Virus record (IMG/VR): IMGVR_UViG_2643221865_000004
From: an uncultured virus (IMG/VR IMGVR_UViG_2643221865_000004)
Lineage: Duplodnaviria; Heunggongvirae; Uroviricota; Caudoviricetes
DNA length: 64,000 bases
Reading direction: 5' to 3' (one strand)
Part shown: positions 1-9,847 of the stretch, one piece after another
Numbering within the stretch: the first letter of the stretch is position 1
Layout of the letters: every line of letters begins with the position of its first letter
Made by a program: the position numbers and the translations under genes
Notes under the pieces: model-generated
What the model saw: only the letters and a program-made list of their open reading frames with translations
Databases searched by the model: none
What the model was told of the DNA's origin: nothing

Positions 1-29
1 GATCACTCTTCCACTCGGCGTCGTTTCTG

Positions 30-377
30 TCAGCCTTCGGTGTGGAACACCCTGACGTAGCGGTGGAGCACGAGGGCTGCGTGGGTGACGGAGTCGGCGG
101 CGGTGAAGTCGTCGGAGTAGGTGAGCGCGTTCGCGATCAGCCAGTACACGCCGTCTTCCGTGCTGTCCTGCTCGTCGGGGTCGTCGAGGTCCTCGAACCC
201 GGGGATGAAGTACGTCCCAGCACCGGGTTCGGCGAGTTCGTCCCAGTGTCGGCCGAGCTGGTACAGCCATTCGACTGCAGCGGATACCGGGTTTTCGGAC
301 TCGGTGACGTATTCGCGGAACTCCGCGAGGATGAGGTTGGGTTCAGCTGAACCGAGCCCGGAGGTGAGCGTATTCAT
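30..377 (-). CDS. hypothetical acidic protein (115 aa)
   Basis: ORF with GGAGAA SD; class C motif at 401-408 upstream. Confidence 0.7.
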   Translation of the reverse strand: MNTLTSGLGSAEPNLILAEFREYVTESENPVSAAVEWLYQLGRHWDELAEPGAGTYFIPGFEDLDDPDEQDSTEDGVYWLIANALTYSDDFTAADSVTHAALVLHRYVRVFHTEG

Positions 378-422
378 AGGTTCTCCATTCAGGATGGAGC
401 CATGTGGCAGCTCGCCTGACGG

Positions 423-1001
423 TCAGCTGTGAGCTGTGCAGAACCTGTCGATGTCGGCCACATCCGCGGCGGTGATCCCGACAGCTTCATCGGTGGCGAT
501 GAGCAGGCCGGGGATGCCGGCGGCCACATCGTCGATGTTGAACGCCCGGTTGATGAGCCGTTCGCCGGCGATCTCGACGTCGTCCGCCCAGATGAACGGC
601 TGGCCTGTGTGGGCGACCCGGGCTCGGAGGGCGTTCAGTTTCCAGCGGGCGTCGCGGAAGCCGCGGACCCGCGGTGGGATCTTGGCCAGCACGAAACCGC
701 CGGCGAGCTTCCCTCCCAGGGCCTGGTCGACGAGAGCGCGGGCGTTCGGCCCCCAGGTGGTCAGCCACCCCAGCTCGATCTGGTGGGTGCGGATGGTGTC
801 GTCGAGCGCTGCGATGATGTCGGCGTCGAAGTCGATGACGTACTTCTGCCCGTGCGCGGTGCGGACCAGCACCCGGGTCAGACGAGCGGACGGAGCCTTC
901 TTCTTGGTGTTCTCCTCGAAGACGTTGATGACACCGTCGACGTCCAGCGCGAGAAGCGGTCGGGAGCCGTCGAACAGGTCGATCGGGAGGAGGGTTTCCA
1001 T
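423..1001 (-). CDS. HAD-superfamily hydrolase (Swiss-army-knife RNA-repair HAD-like)
   Basis: LLALDVDGVIN (DxD), WLTTWG, FIWADD; start moved to ATG 1001 (METLL), 18 nt after class B motif. Confidence 0.8.
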   Translation of the reverse strand: METLLPIDLFDGSRPLLALDVDGVINVFEENTKKKAPSARLTRVLVRTAHGQKYVIDFDADIIAALDDTIRTHQIELGWLTTWGPNARALVDQALGGKLAGGFVLAKIPPRVRGFRDARWKLNALRARVAHTGQPFIWADDVEIAGERLINRAFNIDDVAAGIPGLLIATDEAVGITAADVADIDRFCTAHS

Positions 1002-1055
1002 GCCACCATCATGTGCGGACGCGCAATGTCTTGCCTGCACGCTAGTCTCAGCGGC

Positions 1056-1979
1056 ATGTCGCTGACTCAGCCTGATTCCTCGCGAGAGATCCCCCACAAA
1101 CCGGAGTACGACGACGCGGTCGCCGAGGCAGCCCAGCTGGGTGCTGAGATCGGTGCGGACTACCCGGGTCTGTGGGAGCCGGACGAAGTGGTGGCGGCGA
1201 ACCTCCGCGCCCTGGTGGAGACGCAGGTGAAGGCGCTCGCCCCGAAGCCCGCTGTGCAGAAAGGGTTGCACCTACTGAACGCGTTCCTGTTCGTGGTGGG
1301 GTTCGTCATCCTCATCTACGCGGCGGGGAACGGCAGCTCGAACGAGTACAGCCCGAACTACGGCCGGGACATGTCCGGCTGGTGGGTGGCGTACTGGATC
1401 GTCACTGCACTGTGGATTGGCGGTCTCTGGTTGACGATGTCGCGGTGGTCAAAGCGGGGTCAGGCTCACACCGGCCTGGTGATCCGGATCCAACCCGCCA
1501 TGTTGGATGCTGCGATTGGTGCGTTCTCCGAACGGAAAGTCGACGCTCTCAACTACACGGCGGACGACGCTGCGACCGAGTTCACGCCGGGCGGGCCGAT
1601 GCCGGCCCCGCAACCGTACGGCGTCTCCCATCAGGGTGCGGAGCAGCTGACGGCAGGGTGGATGCGGTTCTTCGGTGAAGCTGATGCTGTTGTGACACAG
1701 TTCACCGGCGATGGTGGGATCGACGCCCAGTCACAGCATTACATCGCGCAGACGAAGAACTACGCCGGGACTGTCGGTGTGGAGTCCGTCCGGGAGCTCG
1801 CCGGGGTGGTGGCCGCCGACGGCAGGAAAGGGCTGTTCTTCACCTCCGGCACCTACGCGGCCGGTGCGATCCAGTTCGCTGACCGGGTCGGGATCCTGCT
1901 GTTCAGGTACGACGCCGCGGCCGGGTCTCTGGAAGCGGCGAACGCTGCAGCGGAAGCGGTGTTCGTCCGTGGTCTCTAA
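1056..1979 (+). CDS. membrane-anchored Mrr-like (Mrr_cat) restriction endonuclease-fold protein
   Basis: Two TM segments, then DGGIDA..IAQTKNY and GLFFTSGTYAAGAIQFA (Mrr-type D..QxK); TAGTCT 7 nt before ATG 1056. Confidence 0.75.
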   Translation: MSLTQPDSSREIPHKPEYDDAVAEAAQLGAEIGADYPGLWEPDEVVAANLRALVETQVKALAPKPAVQKGLHLLNAFLFVVGFVILIYAAGNGSSNEYSPNYGRDMSGWWVAYWIVTALWIGGLWLTMSRWSKRGQAHTGLVIRIQPAMLDAAIGAFSERKVDALNYTADDAATEFTPGGPMPAPQPYGVSHQGAEQLTAGWMRFFGEADAVVTQFTGDGGIDAQSQHYIAQTKNYAGTVGVESVRELAGVVAADGRKGLFFTSGTYAAGAIQFADRVGILLFRYDAAAGSLEAANAAAEAVFVRGL

Positions 1980-2291
1980 TCAGAGGACGCCGTCGTACCG
2001 TTCGGCGCTGAGTTCCGTCAGCCAGTAGTGCGTGCATCTGCCGTCGTGGGCGGCCGGGGTGATGGGTTCCAGCTGGTAGCGGACGACGTAGATCTTGTTG
2101 TCGCGGTTGGCGTACTTGTGCAGCACTCCGTCGATGATCAGCGGGGACATGGTCGTCCCCGTCCCGGCGAACCGGAACCATTCGCCGGTCGCGGAGACGT
2201 AGCCGAACCATCGGCCGAAGTTCCATTTGTCAGCCCAAGGGTCGACTGACGGCTTGGCGGCTGTTGATGCCTGGCTGGTGCTCACTGGCAT
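1980..2291 (-). CDS. hypothetical protein
   Basis: ORF with SD (GAAAGG); class B motif at 2327-2336. Confidence 0.65.
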   Translation of the reverse strand: MPVSTSQASTAAKPSVDPWADKWNFGRWFGYVSATGEWFRFAGTGTTMSPLIIDGVLHKYANRDNKIYVVRYQLEPITPAAHDGRCTHYWLTELSAERYDGVL

Positions 2292-2358
2292 GCCTTTCGG
2301 GGACGGTTGTCTGCTCTCGGCTCCTTCATGTGCGGCGCCGGCCTGTCTTGCCGAAGCT

Positions 2359-3144
2359 CTAGGCGAGCATCTCCACGTCGAGGGTGTCGAGGGTGAGCAA
2401 CGCGATGTTCCCTTTCTGGGTGTCGCAGCCGAGGGAGTAGACGCGGCGGCCGTCTCCGTAGTCGCGTCCGTCCGGGACGTGCATGTGACCGTGGGCGAGG
2501 ATGCTCGGTCGGAGCGCTTCCCAGACTTGGCTGACCTGGGCGCGGGAATGTGCTGAGTAGCGGAGTTCGTCAGAGTGGAACCCGATCGGGTTCGTCGCCA
2601 GCAGCTGCTGCACCTTCAACGTGCCGTCGTTCACGGTCTCGTGGGTCAGCATGACATCGACCGGGCCGCCGGTCATCGCTGCAGCGACCTGCGTGTCGGT
2701 GATCTGCTCTTCCAACCACCAGTCACGGTTGACGGTCCGGTCCATGTAGTCGACGGAGTTCGCCCCGCCGAGGGACAGGAACCGGGTGGCGCCGAGGCGG
2801 AAGAAGTACGGGCGGGGAAGAACATGGATGTGGTCGGTCAGTTCGATGACCTGGCCGGGACGGCTCGCCCACAGCTTCTCCATGCGTGCATGGTCTTCAT
2901 GGTTGCCGAGGGTGACGAGGATCCGTTCGATGCCGGACTTCTTGCACCAGTAGTCGACAGACTTCAGGAACCCTTTCCCGCGCCGTTCCGGCCAGATGCC
3001 GAAGTCGCCGAGGTGCAGGATCGTCTTCACGTCAGGGGCGGCACGGTGCAGTTTCGGGAGGATCGTCTGCACCCAGGTGACGTTGCCGTGCCAGTCGCCT
3101 GCAAGCGCAACCCGGTGCTCGTCGGTTGAAGTGAGATCGTCCAT
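2359..3144 (-). CDS. calcineurin-like metallophosphoesterase
   Basis: GDWHG, LGDFG, GNHED, THE, HGHMH motifs; start ATG 3144 is 18 nt after class B motif. Confidence 0.88.
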   Translation of the reverse strand: MDDLTSTDEHRVALAGDWHGNVTWVQTILPKLHRAAPDVKTILHLGDFGIWPERRGKGFLKSVDYWCKKSGIERILVTLGNHEDHARMEKLWASRPGQVIELTDHIHVLPRPYFFRLGATRFLSLGGANSVDYMDRTVNRDWWLEEQITDTQVAAAMTGGPVDVMLTHETVNDGTLKVQQLLATNPIGFHSDELRYSAHSRAQVSQVWEALRPSILAHGHMHVPDGRDYGDGRRVYSLGCDTQKGNIALLTLDTLDVEMLA

Positions 3145-3173
3145 GCCGCCATCATGTGCGGCACCGCCCGGTT

Positions 3174-3338
3174 TCAGCGCAGTGACATGACGACCGCGGT
3201 GCCGATCGCAGCCCACACCGGGATGCTCAGCGCCGCCCCGATCAGGAACCCACGGAACTTCGACACAGCCTTCTCCCGTTCGATCCGGTAGGTGCGCCAG
3301 ACGACTTCAACGGCGGGCATGGGGAGGGTGTCGGTCAT
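3174..3338 (-). CDS. small membrane protein (54 aa, not in ORF track)
   Basis: Manual translation MTDTLPMPAVEVVWRTYRIEREKAVSKFRGFLIGAALSIPVWAAIGTAVVMSLR; C-terminal TM. Confidence 0.5.
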   Translation of the reverse strand: MTDTLPMPAVEVVWRTYRIEREKAVSKFRGFLIGAALSIPVWAAIGTAVVMSLR

Positions 3339-3451
3339 CAGGGCGGCTCAATCGTCTCGTGGTGTGGGTCGATCGTCCCAGTACAGGCTGAAGCCTTGTT
3401 GCTCAGGGGCTGTGAGCTACCGGTGCAACGGCCGTGAGGATGCCTCGGCTC

Positions 3452-3607
3452 TCAGATGAACTCGGACAACACCACGAGGAACAGCCCGACAAAGGAGATC
3501 ACTGTGGGTATCACTGTCGACACTGAGTTCTGAGCCTCGATGATCGTGGATCCCACGACGAGCAGGATCATCCCGGCCAAGACCACAGCCAACGCCGGCA
3601 ACGACAT
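3452..3607 (-). CDS. small two-TM membrane protein
   Basis: MSLPALAVVLAGMILLVVG...VISFVGLFLVVLSEFI; class B motif at 3695-3704. Confidence 0.45.
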   Translation of the reverse strand: MSLPALAVVLAGMILLVVGSTIIEAQNSVSTVIPTVISFVGLFLVVLSEFI

Positions 3608-3906
3608 GCTGTCGAACTTGTCGGAGATGAAACTGGTGTGGATGGCGAGGTGATGCACGGGGGTGGGTCTCCAGGGTCGGTGATGTGCCACCGCCATGTG
3701 CGGAAATGAGGAACCCTGCGCGACACCGCCCGCTCTGGGGTAAGGCCCTTCGCACCTATTGACGGACGCCTCTGCACGTTTCGGTGCCCCTCCGCACATG
3801 CAGGTTCCATGCAACCGAGATCAGCCACCGAGGCTCCACCCCTGCCTGCTGTCGGCCCCGCGTTTAGGTTCGAGCCGACATCTATCAAGATCGAGGCCGT
3901 GAGCGC

Positions 3907-4578
3907 ATGACAACATCGAAGACTGCTAGCCGGATCGCGATGGCTTGTGCACTCCTATTCATGGCTGTCGTCTGCCTTGCTGGCCTCGCATCATCCTCCC
4001 AAGTCAGCTCAACCCCTGTCAGCGTGGACATGTGGAAGTTCATCTCTAGGGCAGGCCAGATTGCAACTGTGGGCAGCGTCGTCGTTTCGGCGGTCGCCAT
4101 CATGTCAGACCGCATGAACAGCGCGAAGGAGAGAGCCGCGCAAACCGGCATCCAGAGAGAAGCCGCGCGGCCTTATGTCACAATCGGGCTCACTAATCGA
4201 GTTCCCGAAATCATTCTGGTGGTCACAAATCACGGGTCGACTGCCGCACGCGACCTCAAGTTCTCGATCAGTCCTCGCCCTTACGAGACCGACCTCCACG
4301 AGATGCTCAACGAGTCGGTCATGATGACCGAGGGGCTGCCGATCCTTGCTCCAAAGGAAAGCGTAGCCACCCTCTTCGACGTTGTGGGCGAGTACCTTGC
4401 GCGCAAGAGCCCGAACCGGAAGTACAGAATAAAGGTTTCGTACGTCGGCCCCTGGGGTGATCGCCACCAAGACACCTTCACCCTCGACCTCGAGTCGAGC
4501 AGGGGGCTCTTGACCCCCGGTGATACGACGAAACAAAGGGGAGCTCACGCCCTCGGCAAGCTCTTCGAAGGCGTTTAA
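3907..4578 (+). CDS. hypothetical membrane protein, lower GC
   Basis: N-terminal hydrophobic segments, then soluble domain (RPYV..VTNHGSTAARD); visibly more A/T than flanks. Confidence 0.7.
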   Translation: MTTSKTASRIAMACALLFMAVVCLAGLASSSQVSSTPVSVDMWKFISRAGQIATVGSVVVSAVAIMSDRMNSAKERAAQTGIQREAARPYVTIGLTNRVPEIILVVTNHGSTAARDLKFSISPRPYETDLHEMLNESVMMTEGLPILAPKESVATLFDVVGEYLARKSPNRKYRIKVSYVGPWGDRHQDTFTLDLESSRGLLTPGDTTKQRGAHALGKLFEGV

Positions 4579-4583
4579 TCAGC

Positions 4584-4623
4584 AGCCCGGCCAATGCCTC
4601 CTCCGAGGTCCCCTGGCCGGGCT
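4584..4623. terminator. hairpin between convergent genes
   Basis: AGCCCGGCCA...TGGCCGGGCT followed by TCTT. Confidence 0.7.
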
Positions 4624-4637
4624 TCTTGTCGCCGTGA

Positions 4638-6128
4638 TTAGCGCACCGCGTCGTATGCCTCGACTGCATTGTGGGACCTGAGCTCAGCCTCGACGGCCTT
4701 CTCTTCCGTTTCGGCGAGCCGCTGCTCCGCTCGTTCGAGTGCGGTGGTGTTGCGTTCGATGGCGCTGAGGGCGTTCGCCTGCTCCAGCTTGGCGAGGTTG
4801 TCTGGGGTCATGACGGTGGATGCGCCGCCCTGCTTGTACGCCCAGTCGGAGAGCTTCTGACGTGCGCTGGGTGTGATCTGCTCGTAGTCGCTGGGGTGCA
4901 CGTTCCCCTGCGCGTCGAAGTCGACGCTGAGACGCCAGAAGTTGGGGTTCTTGCTGTAGTCCTTGCCGTTGATGACGAACGGTGAGTCCTTGAAGTCCAG
5001 GGTGAACTTCTCTGTCCCGCCGAACCTCAGGCTGGCGCGCCCGAACGGAGTGTCGACCGTTGCTGGAAGGGTCGATCGGATTTCTGACGAGTCCTTCTCG
5101 AAGGTGTCGGCCCCGTAGGTCTGGCGGTAGCTTGTGGCGGCTTCCGCGGCCGCCTGCTTCTTCATGTCCAGGTCAGCCGCGGCTTCATCTCGTCGCTTCC
5201 GGGTGTGCCGGACGGAGCTGAGGGCGGATGAGAGACGCTTGGCGGTGAGGTTCTCCTCGGTCATGATCGCTGCGGCCCCACCTTGGGTGAACGCCCAGTC
5301 GGCGAGCTTCTTCTCAGCGGCGGGGGTGATGTTGCCGTAGCTGCTGCCCTCGGCCCGTCCGGACTTGACGAAGTCGACGCTGAGCGGGATGTAGGAGTCC
5401 GCTTCGCTGTAGTCCTTCCCGTTGACGACGAACGGGGAGCCCTTCTCGAACTTCAGTTGGAACATCGAGTCGTTGAAGTCGTCGATCCTGAGCTTGGCGC
5501 GTCCGAATGGGGTGTCGACGTGGGTGGGGAGCTCTTTGAGCGGGTCGGTCCTGTTCGCGAGGATCTCGTTGATCCGATCTTCGGCGGTGACTGCCGGCGC
5601 CGCCGGGGCGGTGAGGTCGACCTGACGGCCCTGCAGGATCGTTACTGACTCGCCGTTGCGGCCCTCCGCGGTGAGTTCGTAGTGTCCGGTGCCTTCGTTG
5701 TCCCAGTCGTCTCCGTCGACGGAGTCGAACAGGGCGACTGGCTGGTCGTCGGAGTTCGCGCGGGTGTCGATCACATCGAACCCTGCTTGGCCGGCGAGGG
5801 TGGCGATGTAGTCGTTGGAGTCATCGGCGTTCTTGATCTCGTCGGGGATGACACCGTTCGCGAACGGGTACTTCTGGAGCAGCTCGGTGCGGAGCTCATC
5901 CTTGCTGAGGACGGCACCGTCGTACTCGTACTGGGTGACCTTCTTCAGCGCCTCCTGGTACGCGGCGACGCGCTCGGGATCCCCGGCGATCTGAACCGGC
6001 ACACCGCCGATGAAGATCTGCCTGCCGAACTGGCCGCCGAGGTTCTTCCCTCCGGCGCCGATGGAGCCTGCCTGCTGGCGTGCGGATTCACGGTTCAACG
6101 CTGTGAGCGTGTTGGGTGTTGGTGACAT
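4638..6128 (-). CDS. hypothetical protein with internal domain duplication and N-terminal GGQF tag
   Basis: LPxxVDTPFGRAxLR...PFVxNGKDYS...ITPxAxxKLxDWA occurs twice; class A motif 18 nt upstream. Confidence 0.85.
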   Translation of the reverse strand: MSPTPNTLTALNRESARQQAGSIGAGGKNLGGQFGRQIFIGGVPVQIAGDPERVAAYQEALKKVTQYEYDGAVLSKDELRTELLQKYPFANGVIPDEIKNADDSNDYIATLAGQAGFDVIDTRANSDDQPVALFDSVDGDDWDNEGTGHYELTAEGRNGESVTILQGRQVDLTAPAAPAVTAEDRINEILANRTDPLKELPTHVDTPFGRAKLRIDDFNDSMFQLKFEKGSPFVVNGKDYSEADSYIPLSVDFVKSGRAEGSSYGNITPAAEKKLADWAFTQGGAAAIMTEENLTAKRLSSALSSVRHTRKRRDEAAADLDMKKQAAAEAATSYRQTYGADTFEKDSSEIRSTLPATVDTPFGRASLRFGGTEKFTLDFKDSPFVINGKDYSKNPNFWRLSVDFDAQGNVHPSDYEQITPSARQKLSDWAYKQGGASTVMTPDNLAKLEQANALSAIERNTTALERAEQRLAETEEKAVEAELRSHNAVEAYDAVR

Positions 6129-6188
6129 GCCGCGTATGTGTGTGGCTGCAGGGCATCAGGACCACCTAGTTCCGCGCATGTAGGTGGC

Positions 6189-8936
6189 ATGACGATGGAC
6201 AACTTTCCGCTCCCCGCTGACACCACCGGCATCACCGATGCGATCTCTCGCACCTCTGATGCTGTCGAGCTCGCGAAGAGCGCCATGGAATCGCAGCCCG
6301 GCACCGACCTTGCCATCAGCGGCGGCGGTGAGGCTGTGGACATGAAGCGTCGGTTCGCCGCCCAGTACGGTTCGCTGACCGCTGCCCGGTCGACGGCGTT
6401 GGTGGCGGCTGAGGAGGCGAAGGCGGAGATCAAACGTGTCCGCGACGCCGCTGATGCGATGATCCGCGCTGCTGAGGCTGACCTCCGAGCGAAGATGGCG
6501 GAGCTGGAACCTGTACTGAAGCAGGCGGAACGGCTGAAGGACGGCATCGCCGCCCTGAACCTGTACCTGGGCCGTGACGAGCACATCGAGACGTTGCGGA
6601 CCGGGGAGCCGGCACCAGCTGACACCCCTGTCCACATCCGTCAGCTGGTCGTGGCGATGGATGAGGAGTCCGCTCTCGCCGCTGAGAACGGCGGCATCGA
6701 CTTCCGCGACGTCGCCCTGTTCGACGAGTGGCTGCTCGCCGACCCGAAGAACCTGGACCAGGTGATCCCGGACCAGAAGGGGATCGTCGCTGCGATCGCC
6801 CGCCGCTCCATGGTCGACTACGGAGAGCCGTGGACGAACATGGTGATGAACGAGAAGAACCACGAGACGTGGTGGCTGATCCGGAACGGCGAGAACCTGT
6901 ACCGGATGACGATCAACGAGTTCAACGTCGGGTCCCGCCTCATCCCCCGCGCTGACGAGTTCACAGCCATGTTCGAACGCACCGGGTACGACGGGAAGAA
7001 GTACGCGTTGGAGCCCGGCTCCCGCGACTGGCTGAAAGCGGAGGAGATCGCTGACCTCCGCACCCGCCATTTCATGAAGATCGCCATGGTGCTGCAGGGC
7101 CTCGTCGCCCGCACCCCGATCCTTCACCCGCTGCCCACCCCGGACCTGAACCTGCTGGAGCAGGCCGCATACGACGACGGCTTCGTCCGCCTGATCGCCG
7201 ACGACGAGAACGCTCTCGGCACCGGACGGCCCGACTTCCACACCTGGCTGAAGGAGAAGAACGCGAACCTCCGCGTCGGCCTCCGCGTCGTCGGCGGATA
7301 CTCCGCCCGCACCTACCGGGAAGGTGAGGAGGACGCCGTCCACCCGAGCACCGCTTCCGCGCCGAAGTCCGCGACGCTGCAGATCATCAACCGGGAGCTG
7401 CCGGACGGGCGCCTGTCGTTCTCGTACAAACGCACCGACAAGGTGTGGGGCCGTTACGGGGAGACCACCCCGAAGACGTCCGCGTCGTACCGGTTCAGCC
7501 GGTCAGCGACCGACGTCCTCGCGGTCGACTTCTGCACCGCGGAGGAGATCGCCTACTACCTGGAGTCCCGCTCCGAACGCCGCAGCTACCTGAAGATGTT
7601 CCCGGTGCTCCGCGCCGCCCTCGCGTTGATCCGTGACGAGGAGGAGCAGGAAGCGCCGTTCCGTGACCTGATCACCGCCGAGCTGATGAAGCGTCACAAC
7701 CTCGACCAGGCCGACGCTCACACCCTCATGCAGGAGCTTGTCATCTGGTGGAAGACCGCGAACAAGTGGGGCCGCCCGCTGAACGGCGACCAGGACGCGG
7801 AAGCGAAAGCCGCCCGTGTCATCCTCGCTGAAGCGAAGCGCCGCGCAGCCTCCACCGGCACCAGCAACGAAGACGTCCTCGTCGCGTCCTTGGTGGAGCA
7901 GCACCCGGATGCGATCGTCGTCGCCCGCCGCACCAACGACTACGTCGTCGTCGAGCGCATCCGCCGGGAGTGGTCGCATGAGAACGACGAAGGGAACACC
8001 TGGCACCACACCGCTGTCCCCGGCAACGTGTTCGTCAACGTCCACACTGTGTCGAAGGCCGGGAAGGTCACCGGGACGAAGGAGTGGACGACGGTGAACC
8101 GCGCGCAGATCGCCAAGTGGGTCATCCTCCACCAGGCCGACGTCTGGGACAGCTGGAACATCGACGCGAAGGTGAAGGACTGGCTCACCGACGAGCAGAT
8201 CACCGACCTGATCCTCGAACCGGTCCTCGCCAAGATCATCGACGGTGGCGGCACCCCGCTTCTGGTGTCCATGAACCACAAACAGCCGAGCTCACACCGG
8301 TTCATTGAAGGCCACATCCACTACCTGCCCGCCGGGTTCGGTGAAGGGGACCTGCTCCCCCGCCACTTCACCACCCCGAGCGCATGGTTCACCTACGGCC
8401 GCAACGGTGCACTGTACGTCGACGCCCACCCCACCCAGAAGTCGTGGGCAGGCGGATGGAACAGGGAGTATGAACGACCCTGGGAGGGGCACTCGGAGGC
8501 TCGGCAGATCGTCTGGCAGGATGAGCCCGCCATCGTGTCGACGGAGAAGCACCGTGACGCGTGGGCGATGCTGGATAAGGTCCGCACAGCCAACGAGAGA
8601 ACCACCGAGGCGCTCATCGATTCGATCAACGACGGATACCGCGACCGGGTAATCGCCGCTGAGAAGCAGAAGTTCATGGACGACTTCCACGACGACACCC
8701 TCTGGGAGGGTCACCTGTCCACCCTGACGATCAAAGCGCCTCGGGATCAGCGATGGACGGGTCCGTCCTGGGATCAGAAGCGCACCTGGGGTGAGCTGTG
8801 GGGCGCGGTGAGCGCTGCAGTCGCAGCCGGCCGTGACCTGCACGGGCTCACCGTCGCGGAAGCGTTCGGTGCCGAAGCCGCAGCAGCATTCCCGGACGAT
8901 CTTGCTGAGCTCCGTTTCGCGGAGGCGTCCGAGTAG
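6189..8936 (+). CDS. large hypothetical protein with N-terminal coiled coil (915 aa)
   Basis: Long ORF with high-GC3 codon pattern; ATG 6189 is 18 nt after + strand class B motif TCCGCGCATG. Confidence 0.85.
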   Translation: MTMDNFPLPADTTGITDAISRTSDAVELAKSAMESQPGTDLAISGGGEAVDMKRRFAAQYGSLTAARSTALVAAEEAKAEIKRVRDAADAMIRAAEADLRAKMAELEPVLKQAERLKDGIAALNLYLGRDEHIETLRTGEPAPADTPVHIRQLVVAMDEESALAAENGGIDFRDVALFDEWLLADPKNLDQVIPDQKGIVAAIARRSMVDYGEPWTNMVMNEKNHETWWLIRNGENLYRMTINEFNVGSRLIPRADEFTAMFERTGYDGKKYALEPGSRDWLKAEEIADLRTRHFMKIAMVLQGLVARTPILHPLPTPDLNLLEQAAYDDGFVRLIADDENALGTGRPDFHTWLKEKNANLRVGLRVVGGYSARTYREGEEDAVHPSTASAPKSATLQIINRELPDGRLSFSYKRTDKVWGRYGETTPKTSASYRFSRSATDVLAVDFCTAEEIAYYLESRSERRSYLKMFPVLRAALALIRDEEEQEAPFRDLITAELMKRHNLDQADAHTLMQELVIWWKTANKWGRPLNGDQDAEAKAARVILAEAKRRAASTGTSNEDVLVASLVEQHPDAIVVARRTNDYVVVERIRREWSHENDEGNTWHHTAVPGNVFVNVHTVSKAGKVTGTKEWTTVNRAQIAKWVILHQADVWDSWNIDAKVKDWLTDEQITDLILEPVLAKIIDGGGTPLLVSMNHKQPSSHRFIEGHIHYLPAGFGEGDLLPRHFTTPSAWFTYGRNGALYVDAHPTQKSWAGGWNREYERPWEGHSEARQIVWQDEPAIVSTEKHRDAWAMLDKVRTANERTTEALIDSINDGYRDRVIAAEKQKFMDDFHDDTLWEGHLSTLTIKAPRDQRWTGPSWDQKRTWGELWGAVSAAVAAGRDLHGLTVAEAFGAEAAAAFPDDLAELRFAEASE

Positions 8937-8950
8937 GCACCACGGCACGA

Positions 8951-8993
8951 AGAAGCCCGGCCGGTCCTCATGTGAGGCTCAGGCCGGGCTTCT
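8951..8993. terminator. bidirectional intrinsic terminator
   Basis: AGAAGCCCGGCC...GGCCGGGCTTCT between convergent genes. Confidence 0.75.
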
Positions 8994-9006
8994 GTCGTGA
9001 GGCGGG

Positions 9007-9153
9007 TCAGTACACGTCGTTCCCGCAGTACGGGCACTTGTACTCAACGCTGGCGTGCATCTGGTCCTTGAACACCGTGTGGTTGTTGACGCAGGAGGCT
9101 TGCAGGTTCCAGTTACCGGTGCTGATCTTGGACGCTTCGGTCTTGAATCCCAT
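9007..9153 (-). CDS. small zinc-ribbon-like protein (48 aa, not in ORF track)
   Basis: MGFKTEASKISTGNWNLQASCVNNHTVFKDQMHASVEYKCPYCGNDVY; AAGGAG SD; CxxxH and CPYC. Confidence 0.65.
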   Translation of the reverse strand: MGFKTEASKISTGNWNLQASCVNNHTVFKDQMHASVEYKCPYCGNDVY

Positions 9154-9262
9154 CGGGCATCTCCTTCATCTCGGGTGTGCGCAGGAAAGGTGGGCCTGGA
9201 GAAATGCGCTGGCCCCAAGGTATCGGTGCGAACGCGCCAACGTCACCTTCGGCGTCTGGGAC

Positions 9263-9751
9263 TCAGGACCGCGGCACCGCGAGCTTCCCCGCTCGTGCCG
9301 ATGCGTTCGCGTTTCGAACCCGGCGTGGGATCTCCACCAGATCTGTGAGCCACCAGATGAAGAAGGTGATCAGCAGGACCAACCCGATCCAGATCAGGAA
9401 GTTCAACGCTGACACCATCGAGCCGATCACCATGCACAGCACCCCCAACGCGACCAGCCCAAGCTGCCCGCCGGCATTGCCGTACCGGCCGATGTACCAG
9501 TTGTGAGCGGAGACGAAGCCGAGGAAGATCGCGAACACGTACGCAACACCGACCGAGTAAGCCTCCTCGGGCTCCGTCGGAACCGGCGGCGCATACACAG
9601 GGCCGGTCACTCTAGGAACCGGAGGAGCAGCGGCCGGCGGTGGCGGCGCCGGAACGCCCCAGTTGTTCCCGTCCCACCACCTGAGTGTGCCACCAGGGTC
9701 GTGATACCACCCCGGCGGCGTCGCTGACGGGCCAGTCGGCGTTTCGGTCAT
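9263..9751 (-). CDS. DUF2510 + TM2 domain membrane protein
   Basis: PPGWYHDPGGTLRWWDGNNW, then AYVFAIFLGFVSAHNWYIGRYG; TACGGT 7 nt before ATG. Confidence 0.8.
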   Translation of the reverse strand: MTETPTGPSATPPGWYHDPGGTLRWWDGNNWGVPAPPPPAAAPPVPRVTGPVYAPPVPTEPEEAYSVGVAYVFAIFLGFVSAHNWYIGRYGNAGGQLGLVALGVLCMVIGSMVSALNFLIWIGLVLLITFFIWWLTDLVEIPRRVRNANASARAGKLAVPRS

Positions 9752-9847
9752 GTTTGCCACCGTAGTGAACTGCTGTTCTCTCCGGAACCCGCCAGTTCGG
9801 GCCTCATCCACTTCCCGTTTCTCGGCCTCTCGAGGGAAACTGGTCTC

